Below are positions 53,715-63,353 of a stretch of 64,000 nt of DNA, piece after piece (the first letter of the stretch is position 1; each line of letters opens with the position of its first letter). Below the pieces are notes generated by a model. The model had not been told where the DNA came from and ran no database searches. It was given only the letters and a program-made list of their open reading frames with translations. The translations under genes were made by a program, and so were the position numbers. Source of the stretch: Nemertoderma westbladi (taxonomy: Eukaryota; Animalia; Xenacoelomorpha); NCBI GenBank assembly GCA_032718475.1, contig JAUCBJ010006959.1, forward strand, positions 1 to 64,000, written 5' to 3'.

Positions 53715-54237
53715 GAATGTAAGTTGTCAGCAAGTGTCAGCGATAAATTTTAAAGAATTAAAAAATCAATTATCAGGTAAACACATACTCAAACCAAATC
53801 AGTTTATATATAAGATATTTGGTGCCACATTATTAATATTTAAAAATGGTCGTATTACATTATTAGGCAGTAAGTATAATTTCCAAAAAGTAAAAAAGCA
53901 TATATTTGATAAAACTAGTATTAATTTGATTTTAAAATCTGTTAATTTATGTACTTATATTTTTAGTATTAAGTCTGTAGTCTATAGGTTATTGATAAAC
54001 AATACCGGGTTTTATGTTGTCTTTGATAATGTGCAACTTCAAGTTATATATGAACCTGAAATTTTTAATAATTGCAAAATAAGAATAAATAATACCGTAG
54101 TCATTTGTTGTTTTCATACTGGTAAATGTACTTTAATGTGTTCACCTAGCAAATTTCATATTTATTACCCTATATTTAGTAAACTTGTTAATTATTTATT
54201 AATGTTTGGTGTTGTGACTTTAGGTGTTGGTGATTAG
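53692..54237 (+). CDS. Divergent TATA-box-binding-protein (TBP)-fold protein
   Basis: Two TBP-like halves: ATLLIFKNGRITLLGSK (cf. TALIFSSGKMVCTGAK) and YEPEIF...VICCFHTGKCTL (cf. YEPELF...VLLIFVSGKVVL); 181 aa matches TBP core size. Confidence 0.8.
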   Translation: MNYQIVNKNVSCQQVSAINFKELKNQLSGKHILKPNQFIYKIFGATLLIFKNGRITLLGSKYNFQKVKKHIFDKTSINLILKSVNLCTYIFSIKSVVYRLLINNTGFYVVFDNVQLQVIYEPEIFNNCKIRINNTVVICCFHTGKCTLMCSPSKFHIYYPIFSKLVNYLLMFGVVTLGVGD

Positions 54238-54344
54238 AAGGTGAAAATTAAACATTATTATTTTTCAATCAATCAATCAATCGGTAGTTAGGGAAAACTA
54301 ACCTCGTTTGAATAAGCATGACTCTCACGGGTTGACTGCGTGCC

Positions 54345-54535
54345 TAGCTGCGTAGCTGGCTGCGTGCCGCGAGGCTGACTACATGACCGACCGCGAGGCT
54401 GCTGCGCGCTGCGAGGCTGGCTGCGAGGTTGCTACGTGCCGCGAGGCTGGCTGCGAGGCTGGCTGGATGCGAGGCTGCCGCGTGCCGCGAGGCTGGCTGC
54501 GAGGCTGGCTGGATGCGAGGCTGGCAGCGATGCTG
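54345..54535. repeat. GC/CpG-rich short tandem repeats (GCGAGGCTGGCT family)
   Basis: About ten imperfect copies of GCGAGGCT in an otherwise AT-rich element. Confidence 0.85.
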
Positions 54536-54547
54536 CTCTGACTGCGT

Positions 54548-55298
54548 GGTTGACCGCATCCCATGACTGTGTACACATCTGATTATATCCGGCTCATGAT
54601 ATTGTATACAATGACTTAGTTTGTTACTGCGGGTGCTGTTACATTAATACTGTGGTACCGGTACCGTACTGCAGTACAATGCTAATTAAAGGAAATCAGT
54701 ATGCTCTATCTGACAACGTAGTTACATCAAGAACAGCGACAGTACTGCAGTACTGTATTGTTTAGGTAGGTGATCTAATCCCTATATGTGAGACTCCTGC
54801 ATGTAATCTAGGTTATGACAGCAGTAGGCCTATGCTAATCAAGGTTCGGGTAGACAGCAGTATCCTTATAGGTGAAAAAAAACAAATGCTATTGCATCAG
54901 ATTACTGCTGTACTGATAAAGTGGATGACAGTTGTGGATAGGAGCTGTGAGGTTGACCGCATCCTCGCAACGTGGCTGACTGCGTACACATCTGATTGTA
55001 ACTAGCTCACGATATTGTATACATTAGCCTAGTTTGTTACTGCAGGTACTGTTACATTAATACTGCAGTACAATGCTAATAAAACGAAATCAGTATGCTT
55101 TATCTGATTATGATGTTACATCAAGAACAGCGACAGTACAGCAGTACTGTATTGTTTGAATAGGTGATCTAATCCCTATATGTGAGACCCCTGCATGCAT
55201 CAGATTACTGCTGTACCGATACCACTAGACAGAAACTACAGTGTTGGAAGAGTAAAACACTACCGGTACTGATAAAGTGGATGACAGTTGTAGATAGG
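54548..55298. repeat. Diverged tandem duplication (54548-54942 and 54951-55298) between the convergent gene blocks
   Basis: Both copies start GGTTGACCGCATCC, share GTTACATCAAGAACAGCGACAGTAC and TAGGTGATCTAATCCCTATATGTGAGAC, and end GATAAAGTGGATGACAGTTGT. Confidence 0.88.
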
Positions 55299-55659
55299 CC
55301 TATAATTTATCAGTACCGGTACCAACAGGTTATCATTACACCCTATACAGATTATGTTGCATTTTCTGACTAATATTACTAGTCAACTACTGTATGTGTT
55401 ATTAGTTTGCGATGTATAGGCTGTTTCACAATACCAGTACATCTATATTAGAACGATATCGAGAATACTTACTGTACATGTTACGTCTACGTCATATTGT
55501 TAAATGTGCATGGTTAACCTACCGCGATTGACTCTTTTAGAGAACTTGTTGTAAAAAAAATTATATTTTATTATATTTTTATATTAACATCACGATCATC
55601 ACCAAAATAAAATTATATTATCCCATCACATTACATTACATTATATGCTTAGAGTAAAC

Positions 55660-56253
55660 CTACAGTACATCTTCCACCGCAGTTATTTCTTTCTGTTTAT
55701 CATCATCATCATCAGCCGCAGTTAAACGCTTTCTCAAGAAAAAGTGTAGAGCCTCAAACCAACCAACACGTTTTGCTGAGCAGTATCGCAGACAGTTATC
55801 CCTTATGTTTAAGTGGAACGCGCATACTGTAGTGATTCGGTCGTGAAATCGACAAGGTGTTAAATAATCGTGATATTGCTTATATATTCCCAATTTCTCC
55901 ACCGAATTTGGTTCGAGAACATCGAGTTGGGAAACTAATATTGCCCGCTTCATCAACCCAAATACATGAATGTTTTTTTTATATTTTAAATGTCTCTTCA
56001 TATATTTTATAAAGTCATCTTGAGAAATGTCCCCATAGTCCCAGGGCAAGTGAGAAGTCATATCTCGTAAATTGTTTACGTGAGCTGCATCTAAAGCTGA
56101 TAACTTAATATTAGACGGGCCTTTAATTAAAAACGACTTTACATTAGTTTTGGTGTAATTAGAATCGTATATTGCAAATTCTTTAAATACTACCGGATAC
56201 TCCTTATTGTCTATCTTATAATATTGAAAATCAACAAAAATAATATTATCCAT
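55660..56253 (-). CDS. DEDD-like (RNase H fold) exonuclease-family accessory protein
   Basis: IFVDFQ...VFKEFAI, HLPWDYGDI, IHVFG..K and C-terminal C..H/C cluster; the first motif is DxQ rather than DxE. Confidence 0.55.
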   Translation of the reverse strand: MDNIIFVDFQYYKIDNKEYPVVFKEFAIYDSNYTKTNVKSFLIKGPSNIKLSALDAAHVNNLRDMTSHLPWDYGDISQDDFIKYMKRHLKYKKNIHVFGLMKRAILVSQLDVLEPNSVEKLGIYKQYHDYLTPCRFHDRITTVCAFHLNIRDNCLRYCSAKRVGWFEALHFFLRKRLTAADDDDDKQKEITAVEDVL

Positions 56254-56284
56254 TTTATCTGATAAACAAAAGTTAAATAATTAA

Positions 56285-56737
56285 TTACAAAGTTTGTTGG
56301 TTTAATTTATAATAATTAACAAGCCATTTATATAATATAATTTCATTGATTTCCACATTATTTGTAAACGCTCTCATTGGATAGATTGTGTGAATTCGAT
56401 TTACCAAATAATAGAGACAGTACAGACCGCATGTGGTCCTCCTGGGGTCTTGAAATTGTTTGCGTGTAGTACGCCACCTTGCGGAATTTTTCTCAAGCCA
56501 TTTTTCGATGCATCTGTTTGGATATTTTGGTCCAAACGAGTCAAATACTTCGGCCTCATTATCTCGTATATATATCGCGATCCAATGAATCCCAGGCAGA
56601 TGCTGTTTATCAGTATATACTATCAAACCATAATCCTGCTGCTTATTATTATCTAATTTAGGTAATTTATTAGCTGGAAACGCGCCCAAATAGTGACCAC
56701 CCACTGGAAACATATCAAGGTCCTCTGTAGATAACAT
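56285..56737 (-). CDS. Adenain-type (C5) cysteine maturation protease
   Basis: G.HWIAIY, VFDSFG, FQ....TTCGLYC give the His/Asp/Gln/Cys catalytic set. Confidence 0.9.
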   Translation of the reverse strand: MLSTEDLDMFPVGGHYLGAFPANKLPKLDNNKQQDYGLIVYTDKQHLPGIHWIAIYIRDNEAEVFDSFGPKYPNRCIEKWLEKNSARWRTTRKQFQDPRRTTCGLYCLYYLVNRIHTIYPMRAFTNNVEINEIILYKWLVNYYKLNQQTL

Positions 56738-56739
56738 AC

Positions 56740-57753
56740 TTAATCGATATGTATTTCTTTCCTGCTATTTAAACTTAATGATTGATCATAAATATTAAAA
56801 ACGATTACATTTATGGTTTCAACCAACGGTTCAGCAAATCTTAATTTTAATTGACCGTTAGTATATATCGACGGTTGCGGATCTCTAACATAGCCGTCGG
56901 CGGTTAGGTCCCAGGATAGGATGGGGCAATTACCTAAGTAGGTTTCATGGTCTATATTATTACCCCCATAACCGTTAATATATGTATTAATGTTCTTCAT
57001 TAATTGAGTATACTCAAAAATATATGTTCCATCTGTAAAATTAGGTTCGTATATTACACCCCCAACTGGAAGACCGTCTACAATCAGTTCTGCGCGTCTA
57101 AGGTTAAAATGTTCAAATTTCAAGGGATTGCTAATTAATTCTCCCGAATAAGCGTTATTTGTTATGAAGCCAATAATAACTAATTTGGGTTTTTTACCAT
57201 CAAATATGTTTGTTTGAGTGTAATTTGTGGTTTGAGCTGGAATAGTAAATGTAGTCACCTCTTTCTTTTGAAATTGATATTCAATATCGTAGATTCAATA
57301 TCAAATAGGATGCGCGCTGGGATCAATTTCATTTCCGTGTTCTGATAAAGGTTGATGAAAACCACCCGCACCCAGTAGCCCATTTTTATCCTCGTAAGTT
57401 GTAAATAATAAATTGGATAAGTACGACTTGTAGAAATAATGGTTATTGCTATTTTCAACCTGCTTCTCATTAAGGTCTATTTTAATATCACTCCACATAG
57501 TTTCAGCTGGGTAATTCAGCATATAAATATGGGAGTTTTCAAGTCGTCTATCCCAACGTACTGTACATTTTGTAATTAATAACGCGTCTTGCAGTTTCGT
57601 ATAGAATTCATTGGATCTGGGTACAAGGAAGGTGACCTCCCTAGATTCGCTTCTGAGATTAGATACAGGGTAAATTGTTTCATAATGTTTTGCTTTAAAT
57701 TCAGTCTGTATTGGCTGTGTAGAAAATAAATCTAATTCCTTAATAATTGACAT
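56740..57753 (-). pseudogene. Double jelly-roll major capsid protein, internally deleted and frameshifted
   Basis: N-part ELDLFS..P.QT...YKSYLSNLL and C-part TFTIPA...PKLVIIGFI.N.AYSG....NPLKFEHFNL...WDLTAD...LRFAEPL.ETINVIV match Polinton MCP; the middle section is absent and the frames are discordant at ~57300. Confidence 0.85.
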
Positions 57754-57755
57754 TA

Positions 57756-58316
57756 TTAAAAAATACTTTTTTCGCAGTGTTTCAGTTTGCCTTTTATATT
57801 TCTCTTTTTACTACGTCGATGATGTATGTTCATAGACATTGGTCTAGCGGGTCGCTTTAAATCTCTATAAACTTTTTCTACAACCGACCTTGTTGATGGT
57901 TTCATTTTATTTAATGCTTTATTAATAACCGTATTAGCCTGCTGATGTAAGACCCGCTTACCTTTTGGTATTACGTGTTGTCTCATAAATTTTGTGGTAA
58001 ATGGTAAAGCTTTTTGTAAAACTTTTTTAGCTAATGGTTTACCAAATTTTTTCAATGTCGATAAGGCGTCTGTAAATATACCTTCTCCGTGTTGATTTGC
58101 CCGCATACCTCTACGATAACGCTGAAAACGACGTTGTTTTAAGTTTGGACCAAATGCACCAATTTGTTGACCGTAAGGGTCAATATATGAACCACCACGA
58201 AAAACAGGAACTTGCGTCGAGCCTCTGGTACTTCTTCCGCCTTTAAAAACAGCAAGATTAGAGTCTGATCCCCCATATTGAGGTTTACTGTATCTTTGAA
58301 ATAAATCAGAATCCAT
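57756..58316 (-). CDS. Basic virion core/membrane-active protein candidate
   Basis: QYGG, VFKGG, VFRGG and QHGEG motifs followed by an amphipathic helix (IFTDALSTLKKFGKPLAKKVL); K/R-rich; lies between minor and major capsid genes. Confidence 0.6.
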   Translation of the reverse strand: MDSDLFQRYSKPQYGGSDSNLAVFKGGRSTRGSTQVPVFRGGSYIDPYGQQIGAFGPNLKQRRFQRYRRGMRANQHGEGIFTDALSTLKKFGKPLAKKVLQKALPFTTKFMRQHVIPKGKRVLHQQANTVINKALNKMKPSTRSVVEKVYRDLKRPARPMSMNIHHRRSKKRNIKGKLKHCEKSIF

Positions 58317-59172
58317 TTGAATTTATTCGTTTAAAGTGTAAGGTAATACAAGTTGTCCCGTATTCAAAATTCAAATCTTTTCCTTCTTTGTCTGTTATTT
58401 CAATATGAATGTATGTTATCTTATATGATTTTTTTACAGGGATATAATGAATTGTATCCTTGACAAATTCTTTATTTATTACGCTACCATATTTCACATC
58501 ATCAGGTATCGCAACACGACGAAGTAAAGCTAAACCAAAGTCGTTAATATATTGATTTTCAATTATATTAGTAGTCACGTACATGTTCGATTTAGGTTCT
58601 GGAATAGAGTTGGGCGGTTGAGGGCATAAAAATACCATCTGGTAAGCTTTTTCTCCATTTCCGATAACCTTTATTAAATAACCCTTTATATTATTTTTCG
58701 TCTTCAAAATAATTTTAAAATTTGGATTTAAATTCGCACCGAGATTATTTTCAGTAATTCCAAAATAATAGGCTAATTGTTGGCCTATAAATAACTCTCG
58801 CACAGTTTTCCCTAAAATAAATTGCAATCTATTTTGCTGAGTATTTTCAACTATTTGTAATTTATCTTTCAATGTCCCCGTGTTAAAATAATCTATAATG
58901 TCATTGATACTGTAGAATAAACCAGATGGAAGTGTATCCTCAAAAATTTTTTTCCCTTTTTTTAATAAAATAACATTCTCTACATTGTTATACATGGACG
59001 GCAACGTTGCTAAGTAAAATATACTTTTTATACCTACCACCCAGTTTTCGTTTGGATTTATAGGTAAGGCACCGTGGAAATTTATCTGATAATTACTAGC
59101 GCTATTGCGGGGAAAATCAATTGGACATGAGTTACTCGGCAGCCTTACGTAGAACTCATCCATCGCCGCCAC
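58306..59172 (-). CDS. Minor capsid protein (penton, single jelly-roll), paralog 1
   Basis: FYVRLPSNS...FP.N.AS.Y, W.VGI..I.Y, MYVTTNIIE.Q...D....LLR.V, I.I.I.D..G....FE.G...ITLHFKR. Confidence 0.85.
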   Translation of the reverse strand: MAAMDEFYVRLPSNSCPIDFPRNSASNYQINFHGALPINPNENWVVGIKSIFYLATLPSMYNNVENVILLKKGKKIFEDTLPSGLFYSINDIIDYFNTGTLKDKLQIVENTQQNRLQFILGKTVRELFIGQQLAYYFGITENNLGANLNPNFKIILKTKNNIKGYLIKVIGNGEKAYQMVFLCPQPPNSIPEPKSNMYVTTNIIENQYINDFGLALLRRVAIPDDVKYGSVINKEFVKDTIHYIPVKKSYKITYIHIEITDKEGKDLNFEYGTTCITLHFKRINSNGF

Positions 59173-60028
59173 CCCGTATTAACTTAAGTGTTATAACAGT
59201 ACGGCCCCCACTGAAGTGAATTAATTGACCTTGGCCGTCACATAAAGTAATTAAGATTGTTTTTAGTTTTTTATTCAACAATGGGAAATAGCAAATGCTC
59301 TCGTATTCGTGATTAATATATTTTCGATTTAATTGCGTTAAAGGGCAGGTTCTTAAGAGCGGTGCTAAAGCGTCGCCAACAAATGAGCTCTTAATAATAT
59401 CTGTGTATATAAAGATAGTGTCTTTATTACGTGTTATATTTGTGGGAGCTGGAAAATCTAAAATGCCAATTTCCGAAATTTTTGGTCCGCTATAATTTAA
59501 AATTAATATCGGCTGTTCTATATTGCTTAATTCATCTACTGTAGTGGTACTGTATATATCCCAATTCGGAATATCCGGATGATTCCGATCCAATAACGGT
59601 TTTAAGCCTAGAATTTGTATTAAATCACCTCGTAGACTTAATTGTATTTTTTTCAACTTTTTAGGAAATTTAAATTTAATTCTAGAATTATTTGTATTAA
59701 AAATGAATTCGAAATCTCTATATTTCGCTTCAGAATTAAACAGTTTATTTATATCATCAATAATCACTTGAATAGAGTTATGCATACCAGGAAATAAACT
59801 ATATAATTTGGCATCTTTTGCATCTACCCCGATTGACAGTGAGATTTGAGTTTGCAGCGTAATATTACTGTATGTTGCTTGGTATTGAAGTTCGGCGAGT
59901 CCAATTTTGGCATTTGGACCAATATATAATTCTTCGGCTAAATCAACAGTAAACTCACTAGGATTATTATTGGGATAAGTGTTCAATGAGCTATCTGACA
60001 GTAGAGTGATATATGTATCTGTGGCCAT
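59156..60028 (-). CDS. Minor capsid protein (penton), paralog 2
   Basis: YITLLSDSS...YPNN.PSEFTV.L, IGLAELQY, IFIYTDII...FVGD..APLLR, YFPL, I.I.L.D..G..I.F..G..VITL. Confidence 0.85.
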   Translation of the reverse strand: MATDTYITLLSDSSLNTYPNNNPSEFTVDLAEELYIGPNAKIGLAELQYQATYSNITLQTQISLSIGVDAKDAKLYSLFPGMHNSIQVIIDDINKLFNSEAKYRDFEFIFNTNNSRIKFKFPKKLKKIQLSLRGDLIQILGLKPLLDRNHPDIPNWDIYSTTTVDELSNIEQPILILNYSGPKISEIGILDFPAPTNITRNKDTIFIYTDIIKSSFVGDALAPLLRTCPLTQLNRKYINHEYESICYFPLLNKKLKTILITLCDGQGQLIHFSGGRTVITLKLIRGGGDG

Positions 60029-60272
60029 TATTAAAGCTCGCTCGCTCTCTCTACTTGACTCCTTTGTACATACAGTATAATGTTAAATTATAGACATCTG
60101 TGACCACGTTCATTGCCAGCATCTTCTACAGTATATGCGTGGGATCAATATTTTACTGGCTTTATTTAAAGCGGATGAACTATAGATATAGTAATATCAT
60201 TCGAGTTAATATTATTGATTAATTACGGTCATATGCGACCAAAATGAATTAATATACAGTATAAACCTAAGC

Positions 60273-61364
60273 TTATTGAATATGCTGTACCCAGGACTGT
60301 TTCTTGGATCCGATGAATCGGACTAAATATTCTTTCTTCCCGTTGCGTACACGTTCTTTAAGTTTGCCAATATTTTTTTGGTCAATTGCTAGATAAATAT
60401 TACTATTCGGGTGAACCTTTTGGAGTTCGTGAGAATAAAATGAGCCCTTTATTATAGCTCCGGTGCTGTCCTTAATATCGAACATTACCGCTGGTACTCT
60501 ATCCAACCTGACCCGATGAATAATAAATAATTCACGTGTCCATTGTTCTCGATAGCCTTTAGCGAAAGCAGTACGAGCAATAGATAATCGTACTGTATCT
60601 CCAACTTTAAATTTTATTTTCTTGTGATTTATCTGTCTATATTTCCCATATAATCTATTCATTAATTCAGTTTCATTAAATTTATTAACTTCAATAGGTG
60701 TCATTTGTATTGTTCTATGATACGACCTATTATAAGCCGAGATAAGCTTAGGTAAAATTTTTATCCAAATATTATTTCCTCTTTGTGTGAAAATTTTGAA
60801 CATCTTTGTTTTTAAGGTTCTGTTAAATCTCTCGACAATAGCCGCCTTATTCACAGAATACATTACGTAATACTGTATACCTAACGTATCTAAATATTTC
60901 CTTACAGATTTATTTAGAAACTCAGACCCTTGATCCGTGGCGATTCTGTTTGGTTTTCCTTTCTGGAATATTTTTTGCAATATACTAATAATTTCATCAC
61001 CCTTTTTTGTTTTCATAGCATAGCCAAAAGCAAGCCGACTGAAGGCATCAATGCACGTTAATATATAGTTATAATTATTATTTTGCGACTTATATTGCTG
61101 CATATCCACCAGATCTATCATATATATATCTTTTATGCCTCCCGTAAATATTTTAGATGTTGGATAATGTTGTCTACGTGGAGCGTGAAGGGTGTATGTC
61201 TTTTGTCCGCTCAACCATTTCTGAGCTTGCGTCGGTTTGATGTTTGCAGCTTTTGCTAATTTTGCAACACTTGCAAATCCCGCGGGGGATGAAGGATCTA
61301 AATAAATTCTTAACAGTTTTTTGTCTAAGCTTCGGCTTAAAATCGGTTTCATCTTGCGAGGCAT
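60273..61364 (-). CDS. Polinton retroviral-like (rve) integrase with degenerate C-terminal chromodomain
   Basis: IY.DP..PAGF, IDLVDM, YILTCIDAFSR, TDQGSEF, VERFNRTLK (D,D,E intact), KFKVGD.VR, FAKGY...WT.E.F, EYLVRF.G; first ATG at 61364. Confidence 0.94.
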   Translation of the reverse strand: MPRKMKPILSRSLDKKLLRIYLDPSSPAGFASVAKLAKAANIKPTQAQKWLSGQKTYTLHAPRRQHYPTSKIFTGGIKDIYMIDLVDMQQYKSQNNNYNYILTCIDAFSRLAFGYAMKTKKGDEIISILQKIFQKGKPNRIATDQGSEFLNKSVRKYLDTLGIQYYVMYSVNKAAIVERFNRTLKTKMFKIFTQRGNNIWIKILPKLISAYNRSYHRTIQMTPIEVNKFNETELMNRLYGKYRQINHKKIKFKVGDTVRLSIARTAFAKGYREQWTRELFIIHRVRLDRVPAVMFDIKDSTGAIIKGSFYSHELQKVHPNSNIYLAIDQKNIGKLKERVRNGKKEYLVRFIGSKKQSWVQHIQ

Positions 61365-61415
61365 CTTTTCGACAACCACAAGTAATATGTATATTCAAAT
61401 CTCTTATAAAGGGCA

Positions 61416-61586
61416 TCACCGTAAGAACAACTGAAATTTTTTAATTATTTTCTTCGAAGTTGATGTTTTAAAGGGTTTTCTTTTTGTAGTATTTACTCTA
61501 GGTATATCTTGTGGTTTTAAATCAGTAGCTAATGGTTTACTCGATACTAAATATAATTTTCTAAATGTTACTCCCGTTTTAACCAT
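61416..61586 (-). CDS. Small basic ORF (56 aa, below ORF-track cutoff), possibly truncated
   Basis: My translation: MVKTGVTFRKLYLVSSKP...IIKKFQLFLR*; fills the gap between neighbouring genes; TAATAATG start context as in other element genes. Confidence 0.45.
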   Translation of the reverse strand: MVKTGVTFRKLYLVSSKPLATDLKPQDIPRVNTTKRKPFKTSTSKKIIKKFQLFLR

Positions 61587-61592
61587 TATTAC

Positions 61593-61976
61593 CTACCGTC
61601 CACGGTTAATTTTTTTCGCAATAGCAGCCCCAGCGGCAGCGGCACCGGCACTCGCGGCTAGTTTCGCACCAATGCCGAGTAAGGGTATTAGAAACGGTAG
61701 TATGCCTCCAGATTGATTGCTTAACTTTTTTCTGTAACTTGATATATTTTTTGTCTTACGGTTGAGTGATTTCAATACCTTCTTATAGCGGCGAATATTT
61801 CTAAATGAATGAGGGGTCAATTGTACATTCCCTTTTAGAACATTTAATGCAGTATTTACAATGAGTCGTATTAATTCGTTACTGGCGGTATGGTTAATAA
61901 AATAAGTTCTTTGTTGAGGGGTAGCGCTGCGTAGAAATTCCAGTTCGTTACGATATTTCTGCACAAGTCTATTCAT
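61593..61976 (-). CDS. Conserved small Polinton protein with C-terminal QSGG-hydrophobic peptide
   Basis: ALNVLKGNVQL...YKKVLKSL...RKKL.NQSGGILPFLIPLL pattern typical of Polinton virion-module ORFs; first ATG at 61976. Confidence 0.7.
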   Translation of the reverse strand: MNRLVQKYRNELEFLRSATPQQRTYFINHTASNELIRLIVNTALNVLKGNVQLTPHSFRNIRRYKKVLKSLNRKTKNISSYRKKLSNQSGGILPFLIPLLGIGAKLAASAGAAAAGAAIAKKINRGR

Positions 61977-62013
61977 TGTTGCAACATTATTGAAAATTGT
62001 CACAAAATATTAA

Positions 62014-62693
62014 TTATTTATCATTATTATTATTATTATTTTCGCTACGTTTATAGTCAATGTAATTTTTAATGTAACAATTATGATTACGAAATATATC
62101 CGATCTAAATCTTAAATGTCGGGTGTTTCCTGTCGTAAATCAATTAAGAAATGTGAAAATGGCTCAATTGTTGCATCTTGATAGGAATCAACTAAAAATT
62201 TGGTCTGTCCTGGTAACATTTGCTTCGCAAAATTTAAAACCGATAGACTGTCTCTCGGATTTTTCATTAATACTAAAGTATGGCTATTAATTGATCTTGT
62301 GCGGTTATGCTTCCCACCGTAAAACATGTTTTGCGTTATAAAACAAATAAATATATTGGAATGATGAGCTACCTTAGTAAACAATACAGTTAAAGCTGTA
62401 CTGGACTCAGTTTCTGTTAACAAATCATCTATAATTAATAAATCTCGACTATTCACTAAACTATCTATATTTTCAGGCAAGCCTTTGTAAATGTGAGTAA
62501 TACCAGGAATAGTCGGGGGATTGCTCCCGTAACAATACAATACTCGCAAGGGGGCTTCGTTGAAACAACCATTCTTGTGTTTAATTAAATTCCCCACAAA
62601 AGTTGATTTTCCAGAACCAGATGGTCCTGAAATTATCATACTTGTACCCATTTGAAAGTTTAAATTATATGGACCTGAATTAAAGTCAGCCAT
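62014..62693 (-). pseudogene. FtsK/HerA (A32-like) packaging ATPase with C-terminal frameshift
   Basis: Walker A GPSGSGKS, Walker B LLIIDD, ITQNMF, KNPRD; stop at 62112 but the adjacent frame continues LRFRSDIF to a stop at 62014. Confidence 0.88.
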
Positions 62694-62900
62694 TTATTAT
62701 TATTAAGATATATCAACAATACAATATAATATAATATCAATATCAATAAACCAACACCATTACTATGTATATAACAATAATTGATGCAACTATAATATTA
62801 GAATACTGTATATTTAATTAACATATGAGGCCCCTACAGTATGTGACGCTCGCTGCAGCAAAAGGTGCTATTTCCAATTATAGTATAGACTGATGTAATT

Positions 62901-63353
62901 TCAAGCATGGTGAGCATCTTTATACGCGAAATAATGATAGGTAACATCGGCGGATTGGAAATCACTTCCCGAAAATTTCGCGCTAATGATTTTTTTATGT
63001 TCGCCGCTAAAAAAATAAGGAATATAGTAGCAACAGCGTCGTACTACGTTTCTATAAAAAATATTCTCCAATATTGTAAATAAATCTCCGGGATCATTAC
63101 TTTTCGCAGAAATATAAGTTATATTGCGAAGCTCTTTCCAATAATAGGGTTGGTATCTTGCCAACTTTATATTAAACTTAGATATGGGTGCGCGACAAAT
63201 AGGACAAATTTTAGAACAATAATTATTCATTTCGGAATATTGTACAATACATTGTACGCAAGTTGCATGTTTATTTTCACATTTATAATAATCTCGATGT
63301 TTTTGCAATAACTTAGAATAGCAAACTGGGCATTTTTCATTTAAAATATCCAT
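62901..63353 (-). CDS. RING-HC finger protein (putative E3 ubiquitin ligase)
   Basis: CPVC-x13-C-x3-H-x2-CVQC-x13-CPICR. Confidence 0.75.
   Translation of the reverse strand: MDILNEKCPVCYSKLLQKHRDYYKCENKHATCVQCIVQYSEMNNYCSKICPICRAPISKFNIKLARYQPYYWKELRNITYISAKSNDPGDLFTILENIFYRNVVRRCCYYIPYFFSGEHKKIISAKFSGSDFQSADVTYHYFAYKDAHHA

Noticed and set aside
54344-54576. ORFs in the GC-rich repeat
   Set aside because: Low-complexity repeat translations whose composition is unlike the element's genes
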